64,000 nucleotides of DNA from Euryarchaeota archaeon TMED192 (GCA_002170775.2 NHIP02000003.1:155029-219028), one strand, 5' to 3'. Shown: positions 45,829-55,368, numbered from the stretch's first letter. Translations and numbers: made by a program. Notes: generated from the letters alone by a model not told the origin.

Positions 45829-48800
45829 ATGCCCATTGTTCAACAGCAGGGGCTGATGAGGAGGGATGAGGACTCCATTATCCGGAACAGGAGTTTCATG
45901 CTTGAAGGCGTCTTGGAGCTTGCTGCAGATATCGATTCTAATACTCAAAACGACGATTCTTCAGAGACAGAAACAGATATCGACGAGGCGTTTGGGACGA
46001 TCCCAGAAGCTTTCGTTCCGAGTGAAGATGTTAATTGGTCGGATAATGGCTATGAAACGGTATTTCAGAGGCAGTCGGAACGTAAGATCAGTTGGGCCAT
46101 GATGTCCATAATGGTGGTCGTTTACAGCGCAATGAGTCTTCTAATTGGGTTGGTGCTCAATCCTCTAGCTGCTATTCCTCTACTATTCTTGCTAGCATTC
46201 TTCGGACTTTTCCTCGGCGAGAGGTGGATTGGCAAGAGTGAGTTGAATCTCTTGGGTGTAACATGGGTAATAATATCAATGAAAATTCTCTATGGCACAG
46301 CGCTTGAACTCAACAGATGGGAGATGGGGAGTCTTCTGCCCCTGGGGCTCTCCGAAGTAGGCATTGCATTGTGCGTGCTCGTGATATTCAATGTGGTACT
46401 TGCATACAGGCACAGTAGCGATGCAATTGCTGCTCAGGCCACTCTAGTTCTACTCGCAATAGGATCTACTGCAGGCTCAGTTGCCGGGGAAGACGGAGTA
46501 ATAGTCATGATTTTGTTGGCCGTTCTTCTTCTCCATGGGTTGGCGATACATCGCTCATCCGGGAATCTGGCTTCACTCGGGATCGCGGCATCGAATCTAT
46601 GGGTCGGCATGCATGCCATAACTGATGGATTTGAAATTGGTTCGCTCACGGTAGTTTCGCTCGATCACCCTCTGAAACTGTTCATGGCAATGGTTGTGGT
46701 AAACAGTGCCAATGCAATGGTCGCGACAAGATTCTCATCGTCTCCAAATTGGTTCTCAAGCGCATTGGAACATAGTGGGATCGCAAAACCGGGGCTCTGG
46801 GGCGTCTCAGTTATGCTGAGCATGATAGGTGCCCTGATGGTTGTCGGGTCTGTGCGCGAAAATCTGGCTTTCGCTTCTGCGATAATTCTCCTCCTAGCGA
46901 TCTCTTACTTTTCGTCATATCTTGTTGTGAGGGGTTCTTCAAAACGTTCTGTATGGATGATGTCTTCGATTTCTCTTTCGTTGCTTATCGCCGCTCTTTT
47001 GGGAATAGAGAATAGCGTTTTCACTTCATCCCTTGATCCTTATTGGGCATTTTCAGCCGGTGGTGCTGTTGCACTGGTAGGGATGCTTGTAGTGCACCAG
47101 GGGAAGGTTAGCAATACTGTACTGTGGACGGGCAGTATTGGGATTTCAGTACTGCTTCTCGTTCTTATCCCCCTCGATGGTTCGATTGAACATGGCCTTG
47201 CATGGGTGCTGCTAATCTTCGGTACGATGCATTCGGCAGGAGGGTGGCTCGCAATCAAAAGAGGTTCTGCGTCTCTGGCAGGAGTTGCGGCCCTTACCCC
47301 GTGGATATGGCCGCCGGTTCTGATTGTGATAGATGAGGTAGGTGTCACTTTCTCATCGGCTAAAGAATTAGGTGGAGTTACGAGTGGTACGTTAGAAATC
47401 GGAGGGGGGATTTTCGTAGCATATCTTGCCATATCCCTAATTCTGAGTGTTTTCGTATGTTCTAGATTCGGGGGCTCTTCACTGAACATATCATCAGGGA
47501 TTATTGGGACTTCTGAAATTTCAGCCTCGATAAAACAATCAGGTACTCTTGATCTATGGAACCTAGCTCTCTGGATACCTGTTTCCAGCACAGCACTTCT
47601 TCTCTTGTCTGGACAGCTTACTAGTCTAGAAGCTCCACTTATTCTCTTGATCATTTCAATTGGTCATGCATGGTTCACTTCGATTGGCATACGTCCAGAT
47701 TCATCCATGTCAATTCCGATTTTTATAGGACTAGGGGGGGTATTACTCCAGTGGATTGGCGCAGACGCATCGATGTTGATACTAGTGATCGCTGCGGGCG
47801 TCCTCGTTCCGCTTGCTCTATCTTCCCGTGAGCCGGGCAAAGACTGGATTGGACTATGCGTCCAAAGCGGTCCAGTACTCCTGCTGATGCCCGTCGCTTC
47901 TCTGGGTTCCTACGAAGCTTCTGTGGAGTGGATTCCGGATCCAATTATTTGCGCGTTAGTGGTGGGCGTGGCAACGGCTGTAGTGGGGATGTTCAGGACC
48001 AATGTCCAGAATAGCATACTTCCTGTTGCTACAGTGGTTATGGTCCACTCCAGTATGCTATGCGTACTGACTGTACTGGATGGCAGGGTGGAGGGTATCG
48101 CAGTCGCCATCGGGGTATTCGGAATGTCCTCTATTTGGTTCGTGGCCCGAGGAGAGATCTTGAGAGAGTTGAAGGCCATCGCCGAAAGGGATCGTCGAAG
48201 GGAGGAAGTCCTCTCAATGGGATCTTCAACCCAAGAACAAGATATTCACAGGCCTGTTGTCGAAGACCATAAGAATTCAGTTACGTCGGGTCAATCCTAT
48301 GTCGATGAAGTGCGTCATTTTCCAATGATTGCTATTGGTGTAATTGGCATCGTATGCGCGTCATTGGTACTTGCTTCATTCATACTGGGGCCGCGTCCGA
48401 TATTGGTCCTGTCAGCGGGTTCTTTCTTGGTCATCATTGTTGCTCTTGAAGGTGCGAGGGTACGCCGCATAGGAGTAGGCATGGCAAACACACTGGGTTC
48501 AGACGCAACGCATGCTGTAGCGGTTATCGGGATAGGTTGTGCCATTGTTTTCGGCCATACCAATCCTAGTTCTTCGGTTAAGAATCTGACAGATCTGGGC
48601 GTGGCCATACCTGTGATTCTATTGCTAGGAATTGCGACTTTTGCTAATGGTAGAAAGGGTCTCTTGGAACGAAGATCGCTGATTGACTGGATAGTATACC
48701 CTCTAACGGCAATCAGGGTTGCCGGATTCGTAATTATCGGATCGCTTCCAGCCCCTCTCAGCGTTGATCCCTTTGAAGGCGGTCTTCTAGAATGGGTCTA

Positions 48801-49491
48801 TCCATTCATGCTTCTGGAATTAGTGCTAATTCTTGCAATAGTTCTCGATGTCTTGGTTGATGTTCAAAGCAAGAATGGGAGTTCGGATGTCAGTGTTAGA
48901 AGTGGATTCAGAGAGGTTATTTTCGCATTCTCGGTTATTCTTCTTTCGTGGGGCCCAGCTGGGATTCTTGCAGTCTTGAGGGGGCTTTACAGTTCAGTGA
49001 AGGACAGGCGCACGAGAGAGGCGGGTGCGATTGCGCTTTTGCTACCTGTTTCTATCGTTTCTTTAGAGCCCAGCATGAGTTTCATCTCCTCAGTGGTCGG
49101 GTCGTTGATAATTGGAGAATTATTGGTTTTCATGTTCATTCTCTTTTGGGGTATCTTCGTTAATATTGAGCGATGGGTGGCGCCCTCAGTTCAGAATGCA
49201 CACATCCTACTCCTTGTCTTATCTCTGACAATTCTCAGGCTTGAGGTTGGCGTGATCTTGCTCATCTTGGTTTCCTCCGTAGTCTGGTCGTATGGTATTT
49301 TGAGACTTAGAAGGGGGTTGCGCGTATTGGGCTTGGTTGATCTGGCGATCGCCTCATTCGGGGGCGTTATGCTCTGGCTCTCAGACATGTCTCCGACTTG
49401 GCTTCTTATCCTCACCACCTTAGTGTCAATAGAATTGGCGATTATACTTTGGTTGAGCCAGCGAGACATGGAAGTCCTAGAAATAGACTGA
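45829..49491 (+). CDS. Hypothetical very large polytopic membrane protein (1220 aa)
   Basis: An ~85-aa acidic N-terminus is followed by near-continuous hydrophobic helices (by eye, on the order of 30). They are split by one charged ~60-aa loop (ARGEILRELKAIAERDRRREEVL...VDEVRHF, nt ~48140-48320). No catalytic or transporter motif recognised. Confidence 0.7.
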   Translation: MPIVQQQGLMRRDEDSIIRNRSFMLEGVLELAADIDSNTQNDDSSETETDIDEAFGTIPEAFVPSEDVNWSDNGYETVFQRQSERKISWAMMSIMVVVYSAMSLLIGLVLNPLAAIPLLFLLAFFGLFLGERWIGKSELNLLGVTWVIISMKILYGTALELNRWEMGSLLPLGLSEVGIALCVLVIFNVVLAYRHSSDAIAAQATLVLLAIGSTAGSVAGEDGVIVMILLAVLLLHGLAIHRSSGNLASLGIAASNLWVGMHAITDGFEIGSLTVVSLDHPLKLFMAMVVVNSANAMVATRFSSSPNWFSSALEHSGIAKPGLWGVSVMLSMIGALMVVGSVRENLAFASAIILLLAISYFSSYLVVRGSSKRSVWMMSSISLSLLIAALLGIENSVFTSSLDPYWAFSAGGAVALVGMLVVHQGKVSNTVLWTGSIGISVLLLVLIPLDGSIEHGLAWVLLIFGTMHSAGGWLAIKRGSASLAGVAALTPWIWPPVLIVIDEVGVTFSSAKELGGVTSGTLEIGGGIFVAYLAISLILSVFVCSRFGGSSLNISSGIIGTSEISASIKQSGTLDLWNLALWIPVSSTALLLLSGQLTSLEAPLILLIISIGHAWFTSIGIRPDSSMSIPIFIGLGGVLLQWIGADASMLILVIAAGVLVPLALSSREPGKDWIGLCVQSGPVLLLMPVASLGSYEASVEWIPDPIICALVVGVATAVVGMFRTNVQNSILPVATVVMVHSSMLCVLTVLDGRVEGIAVAIGVFGMSSIWFVARGEILRELKAIAERDRRREEVLSMGSSTQEQDIHRPVVEDHKNSVTSGQSYVDEVRHFPMIAIGVIGIVCASLVLASFILGPRPILVLSAGSFLVIIVALEGARVRRIGVGMANTLGSDATHAVAVIGIGCAIVFGHTNPSSSVKNLTDLGVAIPVILLLGIATFANGRKGLLERRSLIDWIVYPLTAIRVAGFVIIGSLPAPLSVDPFEGGLLEWVYPFMLLELVLILAIVLDVLVDVQSKNGSSDVSVRSGFREVIFAFSVILLSWGPAGILAVLRGLYSSVKDRRTREAGAIALLLPVSIVSLEPSMSFISSVVGSLIIGELLVFMFILFWGIFVNIERWVAPSVQNAHILLLVLSLTILRLEVGVILLILVSSVVWSYGILRLRRGLRVLGLVDLAIASFGGVMLWLSDMSPTWLLILTTLVSIELAIILWLSQRDMEVLEID

Positions 49492-49543
49492 CAATGACCC
49501 ACTATGGGCGAATGTTGATTGCAGCGACTATTGAGTCGGGGTT

Positions 49544-50503
49544 GTGACAGGACCCTGGATCTCGGATACCGCCGAGGAGATTGAGCATCCAATGGTGCCT
49601 CTGGGAATCAATAGAATGGCTATTCCTCGAGCGGCCATCTTGTTGTCGATGGCAATGGCTGCGATGATTCTTCTATCGACCATCATTGTTGGGTACAGCG
49701 TTTGGAAATTTACGGACATCAATCAAGATGCATTCGATGCGACTGACAGATCGTTGATACAGGACCCTGAAAGCGATAGATGGTACTGGGAGGTTACTCT
49801 TCTGTACGACACTTGCGACCCTAGACTCGACGACTGGGACTGGCCTGATGTTCTTGCAGACCAAGATGATCTGTTTTTACTCCCTGGAGAAGTACGATGC
49901 GATTGGGAGCACCATGGACAAGGAGATAGGGCATCGTTGGTGGTACATAATAGAGGGAATCAATCGCTTGATTTGGTCTTAGAGATAATTGGGGGTTCGG
50001 TCATATTTGCAGAAGGTGGTGAACCAGATCTAACAATCATTGACTTGGAGGGCAATGATTCCATGGTCTTGGAGATGATTCTGACGGAAGACGTTACGGA
50101 TCATCAAGTGCAGATCATTGTCTCGCATCTGCAAGTCATGCAAGCCCAGGTACTGCTGGATATGACTGTATTTTCTGGAGGTCAGACAAAGGACATCCAT
50201 GTTGGCGATGGTGACCGAATAGATGTCCACTACACTGTGTGGGACGCCGATACAGGGGAAGAGCTAGATCAAGGGGATCTGATTGTTACTGCGGGCAATG
50301 ATCCTGCATGGATTGAAGGTTTCGGATGGTCTGCAATAGGGCTCGACATAGACGGTGACAGAGGGCTTCTTCCAGGCATCGATACCGGCACATCTCACAC
50401 TACCTTGCTTCCTCCTGAGCTGGCATATGATGACGAGGATGATGAGTTGCAGGGGCGATGGCTTCGATTCGAGCTCAGCATAAATCGAGGTCCTCTAACT
50501 TGA
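49544..50503 (+). CDS. Membrane-anchored acidic protein with C-terminal FKBP-like domain
   Basis: N-terminal TM anchor (AAILLSMAMAAMILLSTIIVGYSVW). The C-terminal ~110 aa resemble the FKBP fold pattern (GDRIDVHYTVWDADTGEELDQG...TAGN..WIEGFGWSAIGL...LLPPELAYDDE...WLRFELSI). The likely start is Met 49592. Confidence 0.45.
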   Translation: MTGPWISDTAEEIEHPMVPLGINRMAIPRAAILLSMAMAAMILLSTIIVGYSVWKFTDINQDAFDATDRSLIQDPESDRWYWEVTLLYDTCDPRLDDWDWPDVLADQDDLFLLPGEVRCDWEHHGQGDRASLVVHNRGNQSLDLVLEIIGGSVIFAEGGEPDLTIIDLEGNDSMVLEMILTEDVTDHQVQIIVSHLQVMQAQVLLDMTVFSGGQTKDIHVGDGDRIDVHYTVWDADTGEELDQGDLIVTAGNDPAWIEGFGWSAIGLDIDGDRGLLPGIDTGTSHTTLLPPELAYDDEDDELQGRWLRFELSINRGPLT

Positions 50504-50515
50504 GCAGGTTTCGAA

Positions 50516-51724
50516 ATGAGTGATGTAGACCGCCCTAAGATAGTTAATCCTGAGAAGGATGAACTTCGATTCGATGATGATAGCGAAGCATTTCGTCGAC
50601 TATTGACGCCGGAGATAGTGTGTAACTTTAGAGCTGTGCAGGTGCCTGTTTCTCGCATCCCAGATGGTTTCATTCTGGATCCTGCTGCCGGTTCAGGCGG
50701 ACAACTAGCAGCATATGGCGAGAAGTTGGGAAGAGATTGTGTTGGAGTGGAGTTGTCTCCCCAAAGAGCGGTGCGTTGCGCAAACTCTCTCACGAGGCTG
50801 GAAAGGGGCAGCACGACTCTTGCAATATGCGGCGATGGGCTTGATTCCGAAGGCGTGATGTCTCTAGTTCGAGAGAGGATTGGGGATGTGAAAGTAGCAA
50901 TGTTACACGTCGATCCTGCTAGGCCCTTGGATGCGCAAAATCACTCTATCTCCGAAATGGAGCCTCCTCTGAGGCCTTTGTTAGAAGCGTGGTCAGATTA
51001 CCTAGAGGATGGTGAATTTGGAGTCAGCCTGTTGCTAGATCTCTCGCCAAGATTGGCCTCAGAACAGCGAATGGAGGTCGAGGGCGTCGTCAGAGAATTG
51101 TTTCCTGATGTGAATTTGATGTGGGAATGGCTAAGCCGCGGTGGCGGGAGGGTTGATCGTCTAACAATCCAAACAGGGGGATTAGCACAGAATGATGGTG
51201 AAGTTCGCTGTATCAGGCTGCATAGAGACGGTTCATTTGATGTTCTTTCAGGGAGAATGGCGGTCAATTATGTCGAATGGTTGGATATTGAACCGGTCGT
51301 TGGAGAAATCTTGGCTTTAATCGATCCTGTAGTGATACGAAGTGGTCTCAGATTGGCCTACGAAATAGGTGCAGGTCAAGAGGGTGAAGTCAAGTGGGTG
51401 CATGATTCAGACAGGAGGCCGATGGCGATATTGAATGAAGAATTGCAAGTTGGTTGCTCTTCCAGGGCATTCACATCAATACATGGCAGAGTTGAGGAGC
51501 GGATCGAAGGATCATTGAATCTTATGATGATTGATATGCTGGCTGCTTCGGCTATGAAATACGGTCTTTCAAAGGTTCAAATTAGATGTGCATGTGACCC
51601 TGGAATGCATACTAAAATCGTCAGTAGGCTGGATTCAATTCTTGGAGATACAGAAGGAGAAATGGGTTTCTTAGTTGATGCGCCATGTGGGAATTCGCTC
51701 TTTTTATGTAGGAAAGTGCCTTAG
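50516..51724 (+). CDS. Class I SAM-dependent methyltransferase with unassigned C-terminal domain
   Basis: FILDPAAGSGGQLAAYG (motif I), VGVELSPQRA (motif II) and MLHVDPARP (motif IV-like). The ~220-aa C-terminal region is unknown (possibly THUMP-like). Confidence 0.6.
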   Translation: MSDVDRPKIVNPEKDELRFDDDSEAFRRLLTPEIVCNFRAVQVPVSRIPDGFILDPAAGSGGQLAAYGEKLGRDCVGVELSPQRAVRCANSLTRLERGSTTLAICGDGLDSEGVMSLVRERIGDVKVAMLHVDPARPLDAQNHSISEMEPPLRPLLEAWSDYLEDGEFGVSLLLDLSPRLASEQRMEVEGVVRELFPDVNLMWEWLSRGGGRVDRLTIQTGGLAQNDGEVRCIRLHRDGSFDVLSGRMAVNYVEWLDIEPVVGEILALIDPVVIRSGLRLAYEIGAGQEGEVKWVHDSDRRPMAILNEELQVGCSSRAFTSIHGRVEERIEGSLNLMMIDMLAASAMKYGLSKVQIRCACDPGMHTKIVSRLDSILGDTEGEMGFLVDAPCGNSLFLCRKVP

Positions 51725-51817
51725 GGGGGGAAGCCGTTCTATTCATAAAGAGCGGTCAAGTCGCAAGGCCGCTCGAGAGGGCCACTGGGCGACCAGTGTA
51801 CACGGGGGAACCGGAAT

Positions 51818-52285
51818 ATGGCAAAAATTGACGAAAGCCAACTAGGAGATGATTTCTCCTACATCATACGAATAGCAGACAGCGATATTGACGGGTTAAA
51901 GCAAGTCAAGCAAGGCCTAACTTCTATCAGAGGCATCGGAGAAAGAAGCGCTGAGCAGATTTGCAAGATAGCTGATGTTGACGGGGGCAAGCTCTCCGGT
52001 CACCTGGAAGACAGTGAGCAAGACAAGCTTAGGTCGGCGATTGATGAGTTTGCTACGATGGTTCCATGGTGGATGGTTAACAGACAGCGAGATCTCACAA
52101 CTAACGAAGACGCTCATTTAGTATCCATGGATGTCAGACTAACCAAGGACGATGACGTTGCTCGTCTTGCAGCGACTAAGAGTTACAGGGGAATACGTCA
52201 TCGAAGTGGGCACAAACTGAGAGGTCAGCGTCTCCGTTCTAACGGAAGGCGCGGAGCGACACTCGGTGTCGAGAGGAAGAAGTGA
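51818..52285 (+). CDS. rps13: 30S ribosomal protein S13 (uS13)
   Basis: FSYIIRIADSDIDGLKQVKQGLTSIRGIGERSAEQICK and C-terminal YRGIRHRSGHKLRGQRLRSNGRRG. Confidence 0.9.
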   Translation: MAKIDESQLGDDFSYIIRIADSDIDGLKQVKQGLTSIRGIGERSAEQICKIADVDGGKLSGHLEDSEQDKLRSAIDEFATMVPWWMVNRQRDLTTNEDAHLVSMDVRLTKDDDVARLAATKSYRGIRHRSGHKLRGQRLRSNGRRGATLGVERKK

Positions 52286-52296
52286 GGTGTTGAAGA

Positions 52297-52968
52297 ATGG
52301 GTCATCCTAAATTTGCACGTCCGAAAACCGACCGCCCTACTCACCCATGGAAAGAGGCTCGCATAGAAGAAGAGCATCGGCTCAAAGAGCAATTCGGGTT
52401 GAAGAAGGTCGGAGGAATGAGAGAGATATGGAGAGAGAAATCTGCTCTTCGCCGACATCGGAATCAGGCTATGAAACTGATTGGTAGAGTGGATTCTAGC
52501 GAAGGGCACTTTGCAAGAGAGAAGGGAGACCTTCTACGCTCTCTTCACAACAAGGGGCTGCTTCATGAGGAGTCGTCGTTGGACGATGTACTTTCTATCA
52601 GTGTGGAACAAATGCTCTCAAGAAGGCTCCAGTCTATTGTTTACTTCAAGGGCCTAGCCCCATCCATGCGCTCGGCTAGGACTCTAATCGTACACGGGCA
52701 CATCTCTATTGGCGACCAAAGAATGACTGTTCCCGGTTACAAGATTCTCCGAAGTGAGGAGGAGGAACTCGGATATTCTCCAAGTTCGCCTTACATCGAT
52801 CCGCAGCATGCTTTCCGCAAGGAAATGGAAGAGCGCAGAATGCCAGGGTCGACGAATGAAGAAGAGGAAGCAGACAACAATGCAGAGGAAGAATTCGTGG
52901 AACAAGTGAAGGCTGATGCTGAATCGGCCCCTACTATCGAAGATACGATTCCTAAGGAGGGAGAATGA
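52297..52968 (+). CDS. rps4: 30S ribosomal protein S4 (uS4) with acidic C-terminal extension
   Basis: [36 protein letters not shown]... and the S4 RNA-binding domain ([42 protein letters not shown]). The last ~45 aa are Glu-rich. Confidence 0.9.
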   Translation: MGHPKFARPKTDRPTHPWKEARIEEEHRLKEQFGLKKVGGMREIWREKSALRRHRNQAMKLIGRVDSSEGHFAREKGDLLRSLHNKGLLHEESSLDDVLSISVEQMLSRRLQSIVYFKGLAPSMRSARTLIVHGHISIGDQRMTVPGYKILRSEEEELGYSPSSPYIDPQHAFRKEMEERRMPGSTNEEEEADNNAEEEFVEQVKADAESAPTIEDTIPKEGE

Positions 52969-53348
52969 TGGGAAGAAAAGCGGTTCTCCACATATTCACG
53001 ACTTACAACAATGTGCTCATGACTGCAACCGACCTTACAGGTGCAGAAACTATCGGAAAGGTGTCTGGGGGCATGATTACCAAGAAGGGTAGCGACAAGA
53101 GCAGTCAGTTCGCCGCAATGAGGTCGGCTGAGAGGATGGCTGAGCTTCTTTTTGAGAAGGAATTTGATCAAGTCATAGTGAAGTACAGGGGTGCAGGAGG
53201 CAATAGATCTCCAAATGCACCCGGCGCAACGGCCGCAATACGAGCGTTGACCCGTGCAGGCGTACAAGTGGCAAGAATCGAAGATGTGACCCCCATCCCA
53301 ACAGATGGGACAAAGAAGAAGGGAGGACGACGTGGTCGTCGTGTATGA
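52965..53348 (+). CDS. rps11: 30S ribosomal protein S11 (uS11)
   Basis: [20 protein letters not shown]...[12 protein letters not shown] and C-terminal [22 protein letters not shown]. There is an ATGA overlap with rps4. Confidence 0.9.
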   Translation: MMGRKAVLHIFTTYNNVLMTATDLTGAETIGKVSGGMITKKGSDKSSQFAAMRSAERMAELLFEKEFDQVIVKYRGAGGNRSPNAPGATAAIRALTRAGVQVARIEDVTPIPTDGTKKKGGRRGRRV

Positions 53349-53357
53349 GGTGATAGC

Positions 53358-54344
53358 ATGGTATCTATAGAAATTATTTCCGAAGAAGATGATCAGATTA
53401 GCGTCCTCTTCAAGGACGCCGATCGCGCACTCTTGAATGCAGTAAGACGTAATCTGATGGCACATATCCCAAAGATGGCTGTTGACAGCGTGAGATTCCA
53501 GATGGGGACCTATGATCAATGCGTGAAGTGTGGACACCTCAATCCGGCAGGTGTCGCTAGGCGCTCAGCAGGAGGAACAGGGTGTTCCAAGTGTGATGCG
53601 CCTTTCGAGAAGGAGGGTGAAGACTACCTTGTGTGGGAGACTAACAGCGCGATACCCGACGAAATGATAGCTCAGAGAATGGCGATGATCCCCATCCCAA
53701 CAGATACAGGAGCATACTCTTTTGAGGAAGAATGTCCGGATTGTAAAGACCTGATAGAGGAAGATAGGGGCTGCCCGTCATGCAACATGATCTACACACT
53801 TCGTGCCTTTGGATCTGACGAAGGGAGCACTGTCACCGCTGGCGATCTTGTTTTCCTTGGAGATGATTCTGGGAGCGTTCCTGAGAAATATCGAGACATA
53901 CCGATAACAAGACTCTATGGGGGTCAGATGATGGAATTCTGGGCCACTGCGAAGATGGGGTATGGCAAGGATCATGCAAAGTGGTCAACTGTTTCAGGAG
54001 TATCCTTCTTCCCACGGCAGATTGGAGTTATCAATAACGGCAAGAAGGCCAAACTTCTCTTTGACATGGGACTTAGAGTGTCCAAGAAAGACTTCACAGA
54101 TGGGAGGCTCGAGGACATCTCCAAGGTATTGGATCTGAAGAAGGATCTTCACAACGTTGGGGCCGGGACGGGTATGAAAGATTCGTTTGCTGACGCCATA
54201 GGGCTTGAAGATGTAGAGGGTGAATTCATCATGACCTTCGAAACAGATGCGTCTATGAGTCCTGCTGATGCTCTAAATGCATCCTTTGCTAAACTCTCTG
54301 AGCGTTTCAGTGCGATCAAGGACGATATTGAGCACGTTCTCTGA
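53358..54344 (+). CDS. rpoD: DNA-directed RNA polymerase subunit D (Rpo3) with extra zinc-ribbon insert
   Basis: Its position after S13-S4-S11 supports the call. Motifs: LLNAVRRNLMAHIPKMAVDSV, IPDEMIAQRMAMIPI, and a C-terminal dimerisation helix. There are four CxxC pairs. Confidence 0.85.
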   Translation: MVSIEIISEEDDQISVLFKDADRALLNAVRRNLMAHIPKMAVDSVRFQMGTYDQCVKCGHLNPAGVARRSAGGTGCSKCDAPFEKEGEDYLVWETNSAIPDEMIAQRMAMIPIPTDTGAYSFEEECPDCKDLIEEDRGCPSCNMIYTLRAFGSDEGSTVTAGDLVFLGDDSGSVPEKYRDIPITRLYGGQMMEFWATAKMGYGKDHAKWSTVSGVSFFPRQIGVINNGKKAKLLFDMGLRVSKKDFTDGRLEDISKVLDLKKDLHNVGAGTGMKDSFADAIGLEDVEGEFIMTFETDASMSPADALNASFAKLSERFSAIKDDIEHVL

Positions 54345-54390
54345 TGGATTACCTAGTGCTTTCAAGGACCGAAGCCCAGTGGGGGTCGAA

Positions 54391-55368
54391 ATGAAGCTCC
54401 CGGTGATTGGTCATGCCTCCTGTGGCGGGCATGTGACATTATTGTTCACAGTGGAAGACGATGCTTCAGAAGCGCATCTACAAGGCAGCAGGGGTGTTGG
54501 GATATGTCTCGATACCGGTTGTGACGTTGCAGTAAGGGGAATGGCCGGCGATTGGGGCCTGGATATTCGTTTCGAAGGTCATCAGGGGAATTCTCACTTA
54601 GTTCGTGAAATTGTCGAAGTCGTTGCAGAGGACTTGCCTCAGATCAAACAAAAACACTGGACTCTTATTATTCGGAATCGCCTTCCTCCTTCACAGGGAT
54701 TCGGGATGTCAGCTGCTCTGGCCATCGCAACTTCAAGAGCTATGCAACGTGCAATGGGGGAGGAATACGAGATCTCTCTTAGACGATCAATGTTACATGC
54801 ACACGTATGTGAAAGAAGGACTTCTTCAGGACTGGGGGATGTATTAGGAATTTCAGCGGGAGGTGTTGAGATTCGGACTTCGCCTGGATCTCCATTTTCA
54901 GGTAATGGTCTGCAAAGTGGACCAGGAGTCTCGAGGGGTTGGTCTAACACAATGGAAGTGATTCTCATATGGCCCGACAGGGAAGGGCACCATACAAGCG
55001 AGTACATCAATGATCCACTTTGGAAAAAGAGTATCACTCAATCGGGGGATAGGTTACTCTCCACGCTTGAGGGAAAATGGGGAGAATCCTCCTGGAGTGA
55101 TTTGATATCATGTGCTCGTTCTTTCGTGGAAGAAAGTGGCCTTTTGGATGACAGTAGCAGAATGGACCTACTCAACATGGTTGAAGATTCAATCACAAAG
55201 AGTGGCGAGGACGCAGTGGCCTCACTATGTCTTTTGGGCAGAAGCATAATCGTGACGAAGAAGGATTTGAGAAGTGAAGTTGACTTTGAGGTCTTGATTG
55301 ACGGGATTCGCAAGACGGGGCTTGAATGCATGAAGGTGGGAGTAAGCGATGCGCGAGCACATCTATGA
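54391..55368 (+). CDS. GHMP-family kinase, pantoate-kinase-like
   Basis: GHMP motif II-like PPSQGFGMSAALAIATSRA. The N-terminus GHASCGGHVTLLFTV recalls the F.PGHITG.F start of archaeal pantoate kinases. Start taken at Met 54391, because the ORF opening at 54277 overlaps rpoD. Confidence 0.45.
   Translation: MKLPVIGHASCGGHVTLLFTVEDDASEAHLQGSRGVGICLDTGCDVAVRGMAGDWGLDIRFEGHQGNSHLVREIVEVVAEDLPQIKQKHWTLIIRNRLPPSQGFGMSAALAIATSRAMQRAMGEEYEISLRRSMLHAHVCERRTSSGLGDVLGISAGGVEIRTSPGSPFSGNGLQSGPGVSRGWSNTMEVILIWPDREGHHTSEYINDPLWKKSITQSGDRLLSTLEGKWGESSWSDLISCARSFVEESGLLDDSSRMDLLNMVEDSITKSGEDAVASLCLLGRSIIVTKKDLRSEVDFEVLIDGIRKTGLECMKVGVSDARAHL

Noticed and set aside
45757-45948. 64-codon N-terminal extension of pckA
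   Set aside because: It would overlap the divergent 1220-aa gene by 120 nt and has no PEPCK homology. Met 45756 gives a normal ~540-aa enzyme.
47040-47654. 204-aa minus-strand ORF inside the 1220-aa membrane-protein gene
   Set aside because: This antisense frame of a hydrophobic gene has Pro/Arg/Ser-rich composition and no motifs. The plus-strand frame is continuous for 3.6 kb.
52791-53537. 248-aa minus-strand ORF
   Set aside because: It is antisense to the highly conserved rps4, rps11 and rpoD genes. Its composition is Cys/His/Ser-rich shadow-frame.
54277-54390. 5' extension of the GHMP-kinase ORF
   Set aside because: It overlaps the rpoD 3' end in another frame. The kinase-like sequence begins at Met 54391.
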